Below, piece by piece: positions 19,823-30,375 of a stretch of DNA of 64,000 bases. The notes beneath the pieces were generated by a model. That model made no database searches, had not been told where the DNA came from, and worked only from the letters and a program-made list of their open reading frames with translations. The number at the start of each line of letters is the position of its first letter. Position 1 is the first letter of the stretch. The stretch is from positions 1-64,000 of the forward strand of contig CAWGPQ010000008.1 in NCBI GenBank assembly GCA_963824495.1, given 5' to 3'. The position numbers and the translations under genes were made by a program. This DNA is from an uncultured bacterium. GTDB lineage: Bacteria > Babelota > Babeliae > Babelales > Babelaceae.

Positions 19823-20813
19823 ACGCGAATTCGACTTAAGGCGTGAGAACAGATAGAGCATCATCGACTACGATTGTAGGCTTTGTGGGCCTAAAACTAT
19901 AAGCAATTAAACTAGAAAATATATGAGCAAGGAAGCCAATAGGACTACGATGTCTAGTATGTTCTATAGAGAGAGAACCCTTCATAATGCCAATACATGA
20001 CTCAATGACACCCCTCTTTTTCAAAAGCAAGATATCAACTCCATCAATAGGGCTGCTCTTCATATTCTTTCTAACTTTTGTAACAAATTGAACATCCTTA
20101 TTGCAATAAGATTCAAGCCGCTCAGCGTTGAGAATATAACCTTTATCACCATATACTTTACCCGATACTGATTGAGTTAAAACATCAAGCACCTCAGGAT
20201 TGCTGTCTGCTACATTGCCCGTAGTTATAGAAAAGTTTATAATTTCACCATATACATTAATCAAAAAATGTACTTTAAAGCCATAAAACCAGCCAATACT
20301 TGTCTTGCCTCTCTGAGCTATATCTTTGAATACCCTATTGGAGTTAATTCTTCTATTATGGCATACTTTTAGGGCAAAACTACCTATAAATGATACGCCA
20401 GTACAAGGATTCGAGCACGTAAGTCTGCTAAATAATGCAAGAGGTAATGCTGCTTCCTGCTTAAGTTCAATGAACCTCGTATAGCTAACCAGCTCGCTAA
20501 ACTCTGACGTTAGGTTGCGCAAAACGTGCCTTTGGTAATAATCTTTGAGTGTTTTATAGTTTGAATAGTGGTAATAGATCACTAGCGTCATTACTTCACT
20601 AAGCTGCAGCCTACAGTTTCTTTTTCGTTTTCTTTCACTATCTTCAATCCTCAATTCTTCTTCCGTAACCTTCGATAGGTCTTTGCAGAATTCATCAACG
20701 TGGTAAAATAAATCTGTGAGCATTTTACTTCTCCTTTCTTTTTTTTGTTTCTGATTTAAAAAGGATAGTATTTTGCTCACTTTTTTCTATCTTATCTTAT
20801 GTCGAATTCGCGT
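19823..20813 (-). mobile_element. IS982-family element (transposase 19836-20723)
   Basis: IRs ACGCGAATTCGACTTAAG / CTTATGTCGAATTCGCGT; LFYHVDEF, SYTRF, GWFYGFKVH, GDKGY, IEHTRHRS. Confidence 0.93.
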
Positions 20814-20847
20814 TATTTTAATCTTTTAGCCGGGTAGAGAGGTTTGC

Positions 20848-21436
20848 ATGAAGACACTACGTTACCCAATAACATCGTTGGGGCTATTAAGTTCGATAGC
20901 ACGTGCTACAATAAACACGCAAGCACTAACCAAACAAGATTTATTAAGATTTAGCGAGGAACTACGAAAGGAAGCAGAAGGTCCAGCTGAGCAGTGGTAT
21001 CAAGACCACGTAAGCTCTTTAACGCTCCGTCAACAAGAAGAACTTGCTCATTACATTGCAGGTACAATCACAATAATGCAGGACTACCTAAAAAGTAATC
21101 CTCTCTGGATCACTCAGGTACTTTCCTTCAGGAAAAGTGTTTTTTTATACTGAACACAGAAATAAATCTCTTAAACCAGCTATTAATACTATGGATGACA
21201 CTATAAAGAAGATAAATCGTGAGCATCAACAGCATTTAGAAGCAGAAATAGGCGACTATGCTATGTATGCAAAAGACTATAATAAAATGGCGCTATACCT
21301 AGAGTTTTATAAAGTACTTTATTCTCATCTTTCACCTATCATACAGCACGGGTTGCTAGCTCCAGATAACCTACAACCTGATTTTAGCCTACCTGAAATA
21401 TTAGAGTCTTATTTTCATGCTCATGAAGAATTATAA
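20848..21436 (+). pseudogene. Secreted paralog of 17920, split by a +1 frameshift in a T7 run (possibly an error); C-terminus HEEL
   Basis: Removing one T at 21140-21146 joins both ORFs (SVFYTEHRNKSLKP); aligns to the 17920 protein. Confidence 0.75.
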
Positions 21437-21524
21437 GCTATCTTAAAAAAGAATAGAGGGATGCTCGTCACTCCTCTTTGCATCATGCATACCAAAAAGA
21501 TAGTTGCAAAACAAGGGCCATCAA

Positions 21525-22064
21525 TTAAGGCCGTTCTTCGTCAATTAACGTGTGGAGCGCAAGATCTTCACGTTCTTCTTCGTTATGATCGCTATCCATA
21601 GGAATATCGCCAACTATCGAGGGGTCCGAAAATTCTTCAATAGCCTCAAGTATATCTTGCCTAATTCCCACAAGAAACGTTGATTCATAGGAAACAAATT
21701 GTGCTATGATTCCAGATAAAATATCATCATCGGGATTACTCGCAACAATCATAAGAATATCACCATCACGCTGAAACGGTATAAATCCCTTGCGCATCAT
21801 GATATCTTTGGGAAACATGCGCACAAGCTGATGATCAAAGAATATTCCAATAACATCCATAGACGGAATCTTATAATAGATACTTAACGCTTGAAGAAGA
21901 TCTTCTCTGTCAACAAAACCTTCTTCAAGCAAGAATTCTTCAAATTGTACATCTGATCGATCTTTATAGAGCTTTTTGAGTCGTTCGCCATCGCTGCGTG
22001 GTATCGCTTTGTTTTTCTCTAAAATAGTACAAAGCTCAGTGATAAAACTATTAGGTTGCCTCAT
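21525..22064 (-). CDS. Stand-alone MshEN/GspE N-terminal-like domain protein
   Basis: FLLEEGFVDREDLLQALS...FIPFQRDGDILMIVASNPDD; no ATPase domain; ATG 22064. Confidence 0.7.
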   Translation of the reverse strand: MRQPNSFITELCTILEKNKAIPRSDGERLKKLYKDRSDVQFEEFLLEEGFVDREDLLQALSIYYKIPSMDVIGIFFDHQLVRMFPKDIMMRKGFIPFQRDGDILMIVASNPDDDILSGIIAQFVSYESTFLVGIRQDILEAIEEFSDPSIVGDIPMDSDHNEEEREDLALHTLIDEERP

Positions 22065-22065
22065 G

Positions 22066-22605
22066 CTAGTATCCTTCAGGTCCTGGTTCCCAATTAACCG
22101 GGCATGATTCGCCATACTGTTCTTTGTGCTGTACTGCTTCTACAAGACGAAGTATCTCATGAGTAGAACGACCAATACCACTATTTGTTGTATAGATTAC
22201 CTGTATTATATTCTGAGTATCAAGAATAAACGTAGCGCGTAACGCAGTTCCATCATCTGGATTAAGCACGTGGTACGCCGTAGTAACTTCTTTGGCAATA
22301 TCTCCAACAAGAGGAAAAGTAACGCCTTGTATACCCCCCTGGCTGCGTGGCTTTGAAAGCCACTCGAGATGAGCATATACTGAATCGACAGATATACCGA
22401 TTACGACAACATTACGGCGCTTAAATTCTTCTAATTCGTCTTGTAGCGCATAGAGCTCTGTCGGACAAACAAAGGTAAAATCTCCTGGATAAAAAAACAG
22501 CACTTTATAAGCATCGTTAAAATCTGACAGTGTTATATATTTGATAGTACCGTCTAAGACGGCATTACAAGAAAATTGAGGAGCTGGCTTACCAATAAGT
22601 ACCAT
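22066..22605 (-). CDS. ahpC: 2-Cys peroxiredoxin
   Basis: FYPGDFTFVCPTE, CPVNWEPG. Confidence 0.95.
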   Translation of the reverse strand: MVLIGKPAPQFSCNAVLDGTIKYITLSDFNDAYKVLFFYPGDFTFVCPTELYALQDELEEFKRRNVVVIGISVDSVYAHLEWLSKPRSQGGIQGVTFPLVGDIAKEVTTAYHVLNPDDGTALRATFILDTQNIIQVIYTTNSGIGRSTHEILRLVEAVQHKEQYGESCPVNWEPGPEGY

Positions 22606-22769
22606 GATATATACTCTAGTGTTAGGGATACTTTGTTATACATTACTTTACTCTTATAATTTTAGTCTCATACTGTAAGAATAGGGGAATTTTTAAGAAA
22701 ATTATAGAGTTTGCCCAAACTTCATGATACGCTAGAAACTTATCTTACTATAACCTGTAAGCGTAAACC

Positions 22770-23873
22770 ATGAAAACATACGCCATGCATGCGAACACTT
22801 ATGTATATATTATCTATGATAGTATTGATAATTCGGTGTTTGAAAGTCAGGTACTCATGTCCTTTCTAGCACATCCAGATTCACCAGATCCATCGGCTCA
22901 AAAAATACTCATAACGTTCGAAACAAGCAGTCTCTGCCCAAAACGCTTGTCGTCAATTGCACACACGTATCCAAATTTAACTCTTATAGCTCTGAAAAAG
23001 TTACCCCTTATGGGTATCTTAAGCCTTTATTACGCATGTTTTCAACTCAAAAAGATACTATCAACCCATAAGCCATTGCATATACTAGCACGTGGGCCCC
23101 TAGCCGGATGGATTACGCTGAAAGCCATAAACTCAAGTATACCTGTTTTGCTTACTATTCAAGCACGAAGTATTTTGGCCGAAGAATATGCCTATACGTA
23201 TTCATGCGATAGCTCCATGTGGCACCGTTGGCGTTTAAACACACTCAAATACATTGAACAATCGGTATATAGCCCTGAAATAGTTAAACAGTTTCCCTTT
23301 GTGCGTATTGAAGCAGTGAGCCCTGCTCTTAAAGATTACATAAGAGTAACATGGAAAATGCCTGAACATGCTATCACAATTGCGTATCGTGATATACCTG
23401 ATAAAATAGCACCAGAAATTGTAAAAAATTGGCGCTTACACGTACGTCAAGAACTTGCCATCCCTGACGATTACTTTGTGTATTGTTATAATGGCTCGGT
23501 AAAACCTTGGCAACGCCCGGAGCTTGTTATTAATTTCTTTAAAGAAGCTTTAATAAAAGATAAAAATAGCTTTCTTCTGGTCATAACCCAAGATATGCAC
23601 ATCTTCAAACAAAGCCTAGCTTCAGCGCAAGTACCGTTACACTCATATCACCTAATAAGAGTGACTCACGATACTATTTACCGTTATCTAGCAGCGGCTG
23701 ATATGGGTATACTTATAAGGGAGCCGCATGTTATTAATTGGACATCACGACCAACTAAAATGCTTGAATACCAAGCAGCTGGGCTACCCATTGCTCATAA
23801 TAACACCATCGCCTGGCTTGCTGAAAAAAATGACAAGCTTATGCGTAATTGCCAAAGAGAACTGCAGATATGA
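22770..23873 (+). CDS. GT-B (GT4-like) glycosyltransferase
   Basis: YLAAADMGIL, PTKMLEYQAAGLPI. Confidence 0.8.
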   Translation: MKTYAMHANTYVYIIYDSIDNSVFESQVLMSFLAHPDSPDPSAQKILITFETSSLCPKRLSSIAHTYPNLTLIALKKLPLMGILSLYYACFQLKKILSTHKPLHILARGPLAGWITLKAINSSIPVLLTIQARSILAEEYAYTYSCDSSMWHRWRLNTLKYIEQSVYSPEIVKQFPFVRIEAVSPALKDYIRVTWKMPEHAITIAYRDIPDKIAPEIVKNWRLHVRQELAIPDDYFVYCYNGSVKPWQRPELVINFFKEALIKDKNSFLLVITQDMHIFKQSLASAQVPLHSYHLIRVTHDTIYRYLAAADMGILIREPHVINWTSRPTKMLEYQAAGLPIAHNNTIAWLAEKNDKLMRNCQRELQI

Positions 23874-24148
23874 TCGTAAAGAAAAAAAGTTGGGTACGAC
23901 ATGTTCAAGAAACATCAAACGCAATGGATATTCCTCCTGGCCTATTTACCCGATCTTCTCAAGAAATCGCTCAAGGCCTTAAAAGTGCCGTACTTAAGAG
24001 TAATCGCACTAAAGGCACCAAGTTTCAGTCAGCAATGTCAATGCTGAATTTTTTTATTAACCGCTCGGGTAAAAATTTAAAGCCTGAAGATCGAGCACGC
24101 CTAGAACAGGCTAAAGTAGAACTACGTAAAATATTTAACAAACTTTAG
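23870..24148 (+). CDS. DUF3175-like small basic protein
   Basis: FQSAMSMLNFFINRSGKNL...LEQAKVELR. Confidence 0.75.
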   Translation: MIVKKKSWVRHVQETSNAMDIPPGLFTRSSQEIAQGLKSAVLKSNRTKGTKFQSAMSMLNFFINRSGKNLKPEDRARLEQAKVELRKIFNKL

Positions 24149-24385
24149 CTGTAATTTCTAGTTTACAAAATTAAGAATTCTTGCGTATAGCAAATTATTA
24201 ATGATATAATAATTCATACAGTAACGAATAATACTAGTTAATAACTGCAGTTTAGATAGCATTATCGCTCATTTTAATACTAAGAACTTATGGGGGGATT
24301 GCGGTATGAAACGTAATTATTACAAAAATAGCATCTTTATGGCACATGTGCTCATGCCAGTTTTTTTTCTCATTATATTTCGGTC

Positions 24386-25492
24386 ATGGAGCATACTCAC
24401 CGTACCCCTGAACAACAACAAGCTATTAACGAAGAATTAATCAATGCTGCAAAAGATAGAGATAGTGATAGGGTTGCTTTCTTATTGGATCAAGGAGCTA
24501 ATGTTAATGCTACCGGTCTTTTTCGCTTGACCGCTCTAAGGTTAGCAGCCATGGAGGGATGTGTAGAAATGGTTAAAATGCTTATAGCAGCCGGCGCCCA
24601 TGTTAATCATATAGATTTTTTTGGCAATACTGCTCTTAGGGTTGCCACTCGTGGTGGGCATATAGATGTAGTTAGAGTGCTTATAGATCATGGTGCTGAT
24701 GTTAATTATGCCGATAATAATGGCGATACTGCTCTTATCCTGGCAACCGAGGCTGGGTATATAAATATAGCTGAGTTACTTATCAGAGCTGGTGCTGATA
24801 TCAATCGTGCTAATCGAAAGGGTATTACTCCACTTGTCGAGGCAATTAATCGTTCAAATGGGGCTATAGTTCTATCACTTATGCACCATGGAGCAAAACT
24901 ACCCTCTGGCCCAAAATTTATCCTAAAAATCAAACTCAAGAAGATGCTTAAAAAAATAGTTGACAATGATTTTATCGTAGCAGTTATCGTTGGCACTACT
25001 AAACGCGTTAGCCAGCTTTTACAGCAAGAACCACTAGGGGTTATTCATATGCCAGATCGGTCAGGCAAAACGGCATTATATTGGGCTGCAGCTCGAGGCA
25101 ACAATGATCTTGTAAGACTATTACTTGAGCATAATTTTAATATTGATGCACAAGATGCAGGTGGCAACACACCGTTACATGTAGCAGCTGCTAATGGCAA
25201 CTTGAGCACGGTTAAGCTTCTGGTTGCACGTGGTGCTCAAGCTACTCTTGTTAATCAACATGGTAATTCCCCCTTAGCCCTTGCCCGACAATATCATCAC
25301 CCTGATGTTGTCGCATTCTTGGAAGAACAGGCAGCCCCCAGTGCATTTGGCAGAATATCAACATTAGGTCGTGGAGGAAGGTTTGAATGGCGGCCCACAC
25401 TCACGGGTGAACTTCTTCCACCCGACATTGCTCGACAAATTGCCCAGTTTGCTCTGGCTCCTGGACATATACCTCCTGCCGGATCACTCTAA
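24386..25492 (+). CDS. Ankyrin repeat protein with F-box-like tail; likely true start 24306 across a T8 frameshift
   Basis: Two blocks of ankyrin repeats (GNTALRVA, GNTPLHVAA); tail LLPPDIARQIAQF. Confidence 0.9.
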   Translation: MEHTHRTPEQQQAINEELINAAKDRDSDRVAFLLDQGANVNATGLFRLTALRLAAMEGCVEMVKMLIAAGAHVNHIDFFGNTALRVATRGGHIDVVRVLIDHGADVNYADNNGDTALILATEAGYINIAELLIRAGADINRANRKGITPLVEAINRSNGAIVLSLMHHGAKLPSGPKFILKIKLKKMLKKIVDNDFIVAVIVGTTKRVSQLLQQEPLGVIHMPDRSGKTALYWAAARGNNDLVRLLLEHNFNIDAQDAGGNTPLHVAAANGNLSTVKLLVARGAQATLVNQHGNSPLALARQYHHPDVVAFLEEQAAPSAFGRISTLGRGGRFEWRPTLTGELLPPDIARQIAQFALAPGHIPPAGSL

Positions 25493-25620
25493 CGCTCTAA
25501 TAGGGGTGATTTTGGAAAAGCCAATGGTATATTCTTGATTATTTAATTTCTAATTTGATATATTAATAAATATACGCACAACATACCATTAATTTCATGT
25601 CACTAATTTGAGGATAGCTT

Positions 25621-26223
25621 GTGAAATATTTATATAGTTGTCAATATACCCATATCTTCTTTATACTGACAGTCTGTAGCATAGGTGCTGGTTTTAACAA
25701 ATTACTTGTATCGTCATCTAAAGAGACGCCCGTACAAAAGCTCATCAAAGCAATACACGCTCATGACCTATCTGAAGTAGAGAAATTACTTGCTCATGGC
25801 ACAAGCCCCAACGATATCGATACCTTAGGCAATACCCCTCTGCATGTTGCAGTTTATCTGCAGGAGCGATCGATCGTAGCAGCGCTTTTAGCGCATAAAG
25901 CAGACCCTAATATTATCAATAAAGAAGGCAGTATGCCAATTCATATTGCTGTTGCCCGCAATAATCCAGCAATTACTGAAATGCTTATTGACAATGATGC
26001 TGACGTCAATGCTCTGGGACCATTAAACAGGACACCCCTTGAGCTTGCAGCACAGGCTGGCGAGATAACAATCGTCCGCATACTTCTTAGCCATGGAGCA
26101 CGCGTAGATATGCGTGATAGCAGAGGTTACACAGCGCGTGATCTTGCTCTACAAGGAGGCTATGATGCTATTGCAGCGCTGCTGAAAGCCCATGAACCCA
26201 AGGGGCCGCAGCAGACGCGCTAG
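25621..26223 (+). CDS. Secreted ankyrin repeat protein
   Basis: GNTPLHVAV, GSMPIHIAV, NRTPLELAA; hydrophobic N-terminus. Confidence 0.9.
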   Translation: MKYLYSCQYTHIFFILTVCSIGAGFNKLLVSSSKETPVQKLIKAIHAHDLSEVEKLLAHGTSPNDIDTLGNTPLHVAVYLQERSIVAALLAHKADPNIINKEGSMPIHIAVARNNPAITEMLIDNDADVNALGPLNRTPLELAAQAGEITIVRILLSHGARVDMRDSRGYTARDLALQGGYDAIAALLKAHEPKGPQQTR

Positions 26224-26234
26224 CAATTACACCG

Positions 26235-26981
26235 CTAGCTTCCTTTAACAATTATAGTCATGCCATCATAAGCAATGCTTGCTTTTACGTGATAGCTATT
26301 GCCTAAACTTTTAATAGTTTGCTCAATTATATCCGGATCATCTCTAACTATTTCGGACCCACAATGCGTAAATATAGCTTGTTGCACTCCCCCATGCTCA
26401 CACCATGAAAGTTGTGTACTAATAGGAGCGTGACCGGTGAGTTTATGATCATGCATGCGCACAAGTAAATTTCTTGTTACAATAGCACCATCACCGATAT
26501 AAAGATTAATCCCCGCTAAAGCCTCATGTTGCTCAGGTATAGCAACAAGATCAGGTACGTAAAAAATGCTTACCGTACCAGCAGTAATACGGTAACCAAC
26601 AGCAGGAGCATGAATAGAATGGTCGACCTTAAATGCTTCAAAAAGTAGAGCACCAATAGTGAATGGTATACGAGCTTCAATAATCTTTTTATGTATCACA
26701 GGGTAGCGATGCATACTATGCCAACTCTCAGACGTTGCATAAACAGGACAAGGGGCACCTTTTTTTAAACCGTCAGCATGATCAGGATGTGCGTGAGTAA
26801 TAACAACAGCATCAGGATTGATTGTATAAAGCTCGCCAAGCCAGTCTATACCACAATCAAGCATCACCTGTTTGCCCTTATATATAACCAGGGTTGATGT
26901 ATGACGGTAGTGATATGGCGACCGAATTTTAATATAACCACGAGTACCCAAAAATACTAATCTCACATCATTACCCCTCAA
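26235..26981 (-). CDS. MBL-fold metallo-hydrolase
   Basis: FLGTRG, LDCG, THAHPDH, VDHS, FTHCG. Confidence 0.9.
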   Translation of the reverse strand: MRGNDVRLVFLGTRGYIKIRSPYHYRHTSTLVIYKGKQVMLDCGIDWLGELYTINPDAVVITHAHPDHADGLKKGAPCPVYATSESWHSMHRYPVIHKKIIEARIPFTIGALLFEAFKVDHSIHAPAVGYRITAGTVSIFYVPDLVAIPEQHEALAGINLYIGDGAIVTRNLLVRMHDHKLTGHAPISTQLSWCEHGGVQQAIFTHCGSEIVRDDPDIIEQTIKSLGNSYHVKASIAYDGMTIIVKGS

Positions 26982-27095
26982 ATAACAAAATACAGAAAGA
27001 AATTTTAGATTAACTATTTTGTTTATATGTTTACGCTTTATGTTTTATAGTATATAGTAAAATAATGGTTCTTTTTAATACTTGCGGAGTATAGT

Positions 27096-28046
27096 ATGAT
27101 TTACACATCATGCAAGAATCTGTTTATACTTGTTATACTAGCATCTCTACCTGGTTACTCGTGGGGAAGAGTTCATCGCAATTACCAAGTTAAGCATGCT
27201 ATGAGTCACAAGGAAAAGCAGCCTCTCACATTAGCAGGGCACAAAGAGCCCGTAACTATTTTTGTTCATGGAACATTGCCACCTTTTGTTTCCCCTATTT
27301 TTCATACCCTCGATTGTCCATGGGGCTTAACTCCCGCGCGAGCTCAGGGCAACAAACTTGTTCACGGCCGACTTTGCTACACGCTCAATAAAGCTGATCC
27401 CATAAGATTTCCTCTTGATTCTTTCTATCTCTTTGGCTGGTCAGGACAATTAAGCTTTGCTGCACGAGAGCAAGCAGCACAAGAGCTTTACGACGTGCTT
27501 AAGGGATGCAAGGGTTCTATACAACTTATTGGCATGAGCCATGGTTGCAATGTAGTCTTAACGCTTGCCAAAATTATACAAGAACATAACGACACAACGC
27601 TTGATATAACCAGCGTAATACTTCTTGCTGGCCCTGTTCAAGAGGCAACAAAAAACTATGTCAGATCTCCACTCTTTAAAAAAGTCATTTCACTCTATTC
27701 TGGTGGCGATATTATACAAATAGCTGATCCTCAAGGTTTTTATACAGAGTCACGTGCGTGCTCTTGCCATAGTTCTCGCTATAGTTATTGGAGACCACTT
27801 TTTTCAGAAAGAACATTTGAACCCGCTCCTCATCTTGTTCAGGCACGCATATTTATTAACAAGCGCAATCCCTATCACATATCATTTATGTTCGATAAAT
27901 TTATGAGAAATCTACCAGCACTTCTTGATTTACTTGAGATTCTTGAACAAGGAGCTCAAAGTCAGGGCAAAGAGGCGCACTTTAGCGTTAACATACCACG
28001 CAAAGATGGCCAACCTCATGTTTGGTATAAACATTTTCATGCTTAA
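27096..28046 (+). CDS. Secreted alpha/beta-hydrolase
   Basis: IFVHGT, FGWSG, GMSHG nucleophile elbow; signal peptide. Confidence 0.8.
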   Translation: MIYTSCKNLFILVILASLPGYSWGRVHRNYQVKHAMSHKEKQPLTLAGHKEPVTIFVHGTLPPFVSPIFHTLDCPWGLTPARAQGNKLVHGRLCYTLNKADPIRFPLDSFYLFGWSGQLSFAAREQAAQELYDVLKGCKGSIQLIGMSHGCNVVLTLAKIIQEHNDTTLDITSVILLAGPVQEATKNYVRSPLFKKVISLYSGGDIIQIADPQGFYTESRACSCHSSRYSYWRPLFSERTFEPAPHLVQARIFINKRNPYHISFMFDKFMRNLPALLDLLEILEQGAQSQGKEAHFSVNIPRKDGQPHVWYKHFHA

Positions 28047-28067
28047 TACCTCAAGCTCTAGCTTACT

Positions 28068-28956
28068 TCAACAAGGGTTTAGCTGTATCAAATCAGCTGC
28101 AGTTACACCCTGACGGTTACGTATAGTATCCTCGGCGCCATGTGCAATAAGCAAGTGCGCAAGAGAAACGTAGCGGTTAGCCACAGCACCATGTAACGGT
28201 GTATTACCATCCACATCGGGAATATTCACACTATCATGAATAGAGGCATTTTCTAAAAGCTTACAAACAAGATCATGATGATTCTGAGAAATTAACCGAT
28301 GAAGGGGCGTCATGCCATAGGCATCAGTGTGCTTACTAAGTTCGGAGTTGAGTTGCGCTTGCAAGAGATCTTGATCTCCAAACAGTGCGGCTACGGTAAG
28401 CTTAGTATACTGTTCGGCTGAATACCTCTCTTCAAAAAGTTTTTTAATGTCTTCTTTTCTATGTTCGGGTATAAAAGCTCCGTGTAAAACAAGTGTCATC
28501 ACATTATCGATACGTCCTTCATGAAACGCCCATCTCAGCGGAGTTTTTTCATCTTCATCGGCATGATTAATATATGCCCCATTTTCTAAAAGAAGCTCAA
28601 TCACTTGTGGTGTTTGTCGTCCAGCAGCAAATATAAGTGGTGTTTTATTCGTGCCATCTTGAGCATCAACATAGGCACCACGCTGGATGAGGAGCTTGAT
28701 AATATCTATAGAGCCAATTGCCACTGCTTTATGAAGTGGGGTAGATCTCCTGTTGCTATACGTATGTACATCAGCTCCACAATCGAGCAAAAGCTTAACC
28801 AGGGGAATCACCCCTTTCTTTATCCGTCACATCTTCTGCATCTTCCTGTAAAGACGGATTTACTTCTTGAGAATTTTCTCCTGGCACCTCAAAAACAGTA
28901 CAGCACAGTGTTTGCGAGACTACAAATATTCTCAATAAAAATATAATATAAAACAT
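28068..28956 (-). pseudogene. Secreted ankyrin protein with a 1-nt frameshift near 28815
   Basis: ATG 28956 gives MFYIIFLLRIFVVSQTLC...EDVTD, out of frame with the ankyrin ORF 28068-28811. Confidence 0.7.
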
Positions 28957-29036
28957 GATTTTCTCAGATATATAGGCACAAAGGTTTTAAGATTATCTAT
29001 ACTAGGATATCAAAATACGTAACAAACAACACGTGA

Positions 29037-30212
29037 TTAAAAAATGCTTTGACCTTGGGAATCCCACACACTTTTTAGCTTTAATAGCAAAAATAAGGGT
29101 GCCTCTCGATATAACTCGCCCGATGCTTTAAGGCGCTTGAGAGATCGTTTATCAAAGTAAGCAGTAAGAAGTTCTTGATATGAGCTTATATCAGCAAACG
29201 CTTGAGACAAAGAAAGACTGTGCAGCGTGCCATACCCAGAATCGTAACCAGCAGCTTGAATAAGCACATTACTTTGTATATCACTAACGACCATAACGTG
29301 ACCGGGCATCCAAATTAAGTCACCTTCTTGAAGCTGATCACTCTTTTCAAGTGGCTTAAGATAGTGTACTAATGTGCTCGTGTTTCTATAAAAATAAGGT
29401 ATGCCACACAACTGAGCAGCACGAAGTATAACACTTGAACAGTCAAATCCACTATATAGGCCATAAGGTTCTGATGGAGCAGGCGAAGGCTTATAAGAGC
29501 CACCATAATTCACGCTCGTTTCTGTACCACTGCAGCCACCCCATACATAAGGAAAATGGCCATCGGGATGATCGGCCCATGATTTGAGTAGATTGACAAA
29601 AAGCCCTATCTTGTTTTGAGGTTCACGTGGTACATCTACATCCAAAAGAGCCTTATCACGGGATATATGTGTAATAACCATTTTGTTTGCCACATAATTG
29701 TTAATACGCACAGCACAGCTAATAGGGGTATCATGTTGAGGAACACGTACAAAACGTGTACCAAGAGCATAATGGCATCGAGTTGCTGAGTCATACCAGG
29801 GAGCCTTAAGCACAAGGGTTACCAAAGAACTTTTGCCAAAAAATGGAATAGCCTTAGCGTTAAGTGGATGGGAAAGATCAGCAAGGCGCCTAACATTTTT
29901 CTCTAATGTCCAAAAAGTATTAACGGGTTTTTTGTGAGTATCGTGATAGAAGACCGTATCGATAGCACATTCAACTTCATTATTTTGTTTATTTGTAATA
30001 GTTACAAGCTCATTAAAAATAAACTGATAGGCCCGCTGTTCATGATGCTCGCTATCGGAGGGAGAGCAAGGAAGCCGGGCATACTTGCTCGTATTACCGA
30101 GAGGTTGTGTAACAGCGTCAGCAATAGGTACCATAATTACAGCTCGCTCTCCGATGCCAAAAGAGTAGAACGAGTACACCAAGCTTATCAAAAATATATA
30201 AATATGCACCAT
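29037..30212 (-). CDS. NlpC/P60 (C40) peptidase, secreted
   Basis: PYVWGG, GFDCS, EGDLIW.PGHVM. Confidence 0.88.
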   Translation of the reverse strand: MVHIYIFLISLVYSFYSFGIGERAVIMVPIADAVTQPLGNTSKYARLPCSPSDSEHHEQRAYQFIFNELVTITNKQNNEVECAIDTVFYHDTHKKPVNTFWTLEKNVRRLADLSHPLNAKAIPFFGKSSLVTLVLKAPWYDSATRCHYALGTRFVRVPQHDTPISCAVRINNYVANKMVITHISRDKALLDVDVPREPQNKIGLFVNLLKSWADHPDGHFPYVWGGCSGTETSVNYGGSYKPSPAPSEPYGLYSGFDCSSVILRAAQLCGIPYFYRNTSTLVHYLKPLEKSDQLQEGDLIWMPGHVMVVSDIQSNVLIQAAGYDSGYGTLHSLSLSQAFADISSYQELLTAYFDKRSLKRLKASGELYREAPLFLLLKLKSVWDSQGQSIF

Positions 30213-30375
30213 TACTATCTTTACCGGTTAAAAAAGACAACCGATACCAAATAAATATACGTATAAGTTAACGCAAAAATCAACAGTTGCAGCACCATAG
30301 CATACGTATTATACTACATCAAGCACAAAATATAGTATAAGTTTAACAAGCAACCGTTTTGAAGGAGACTTACCG

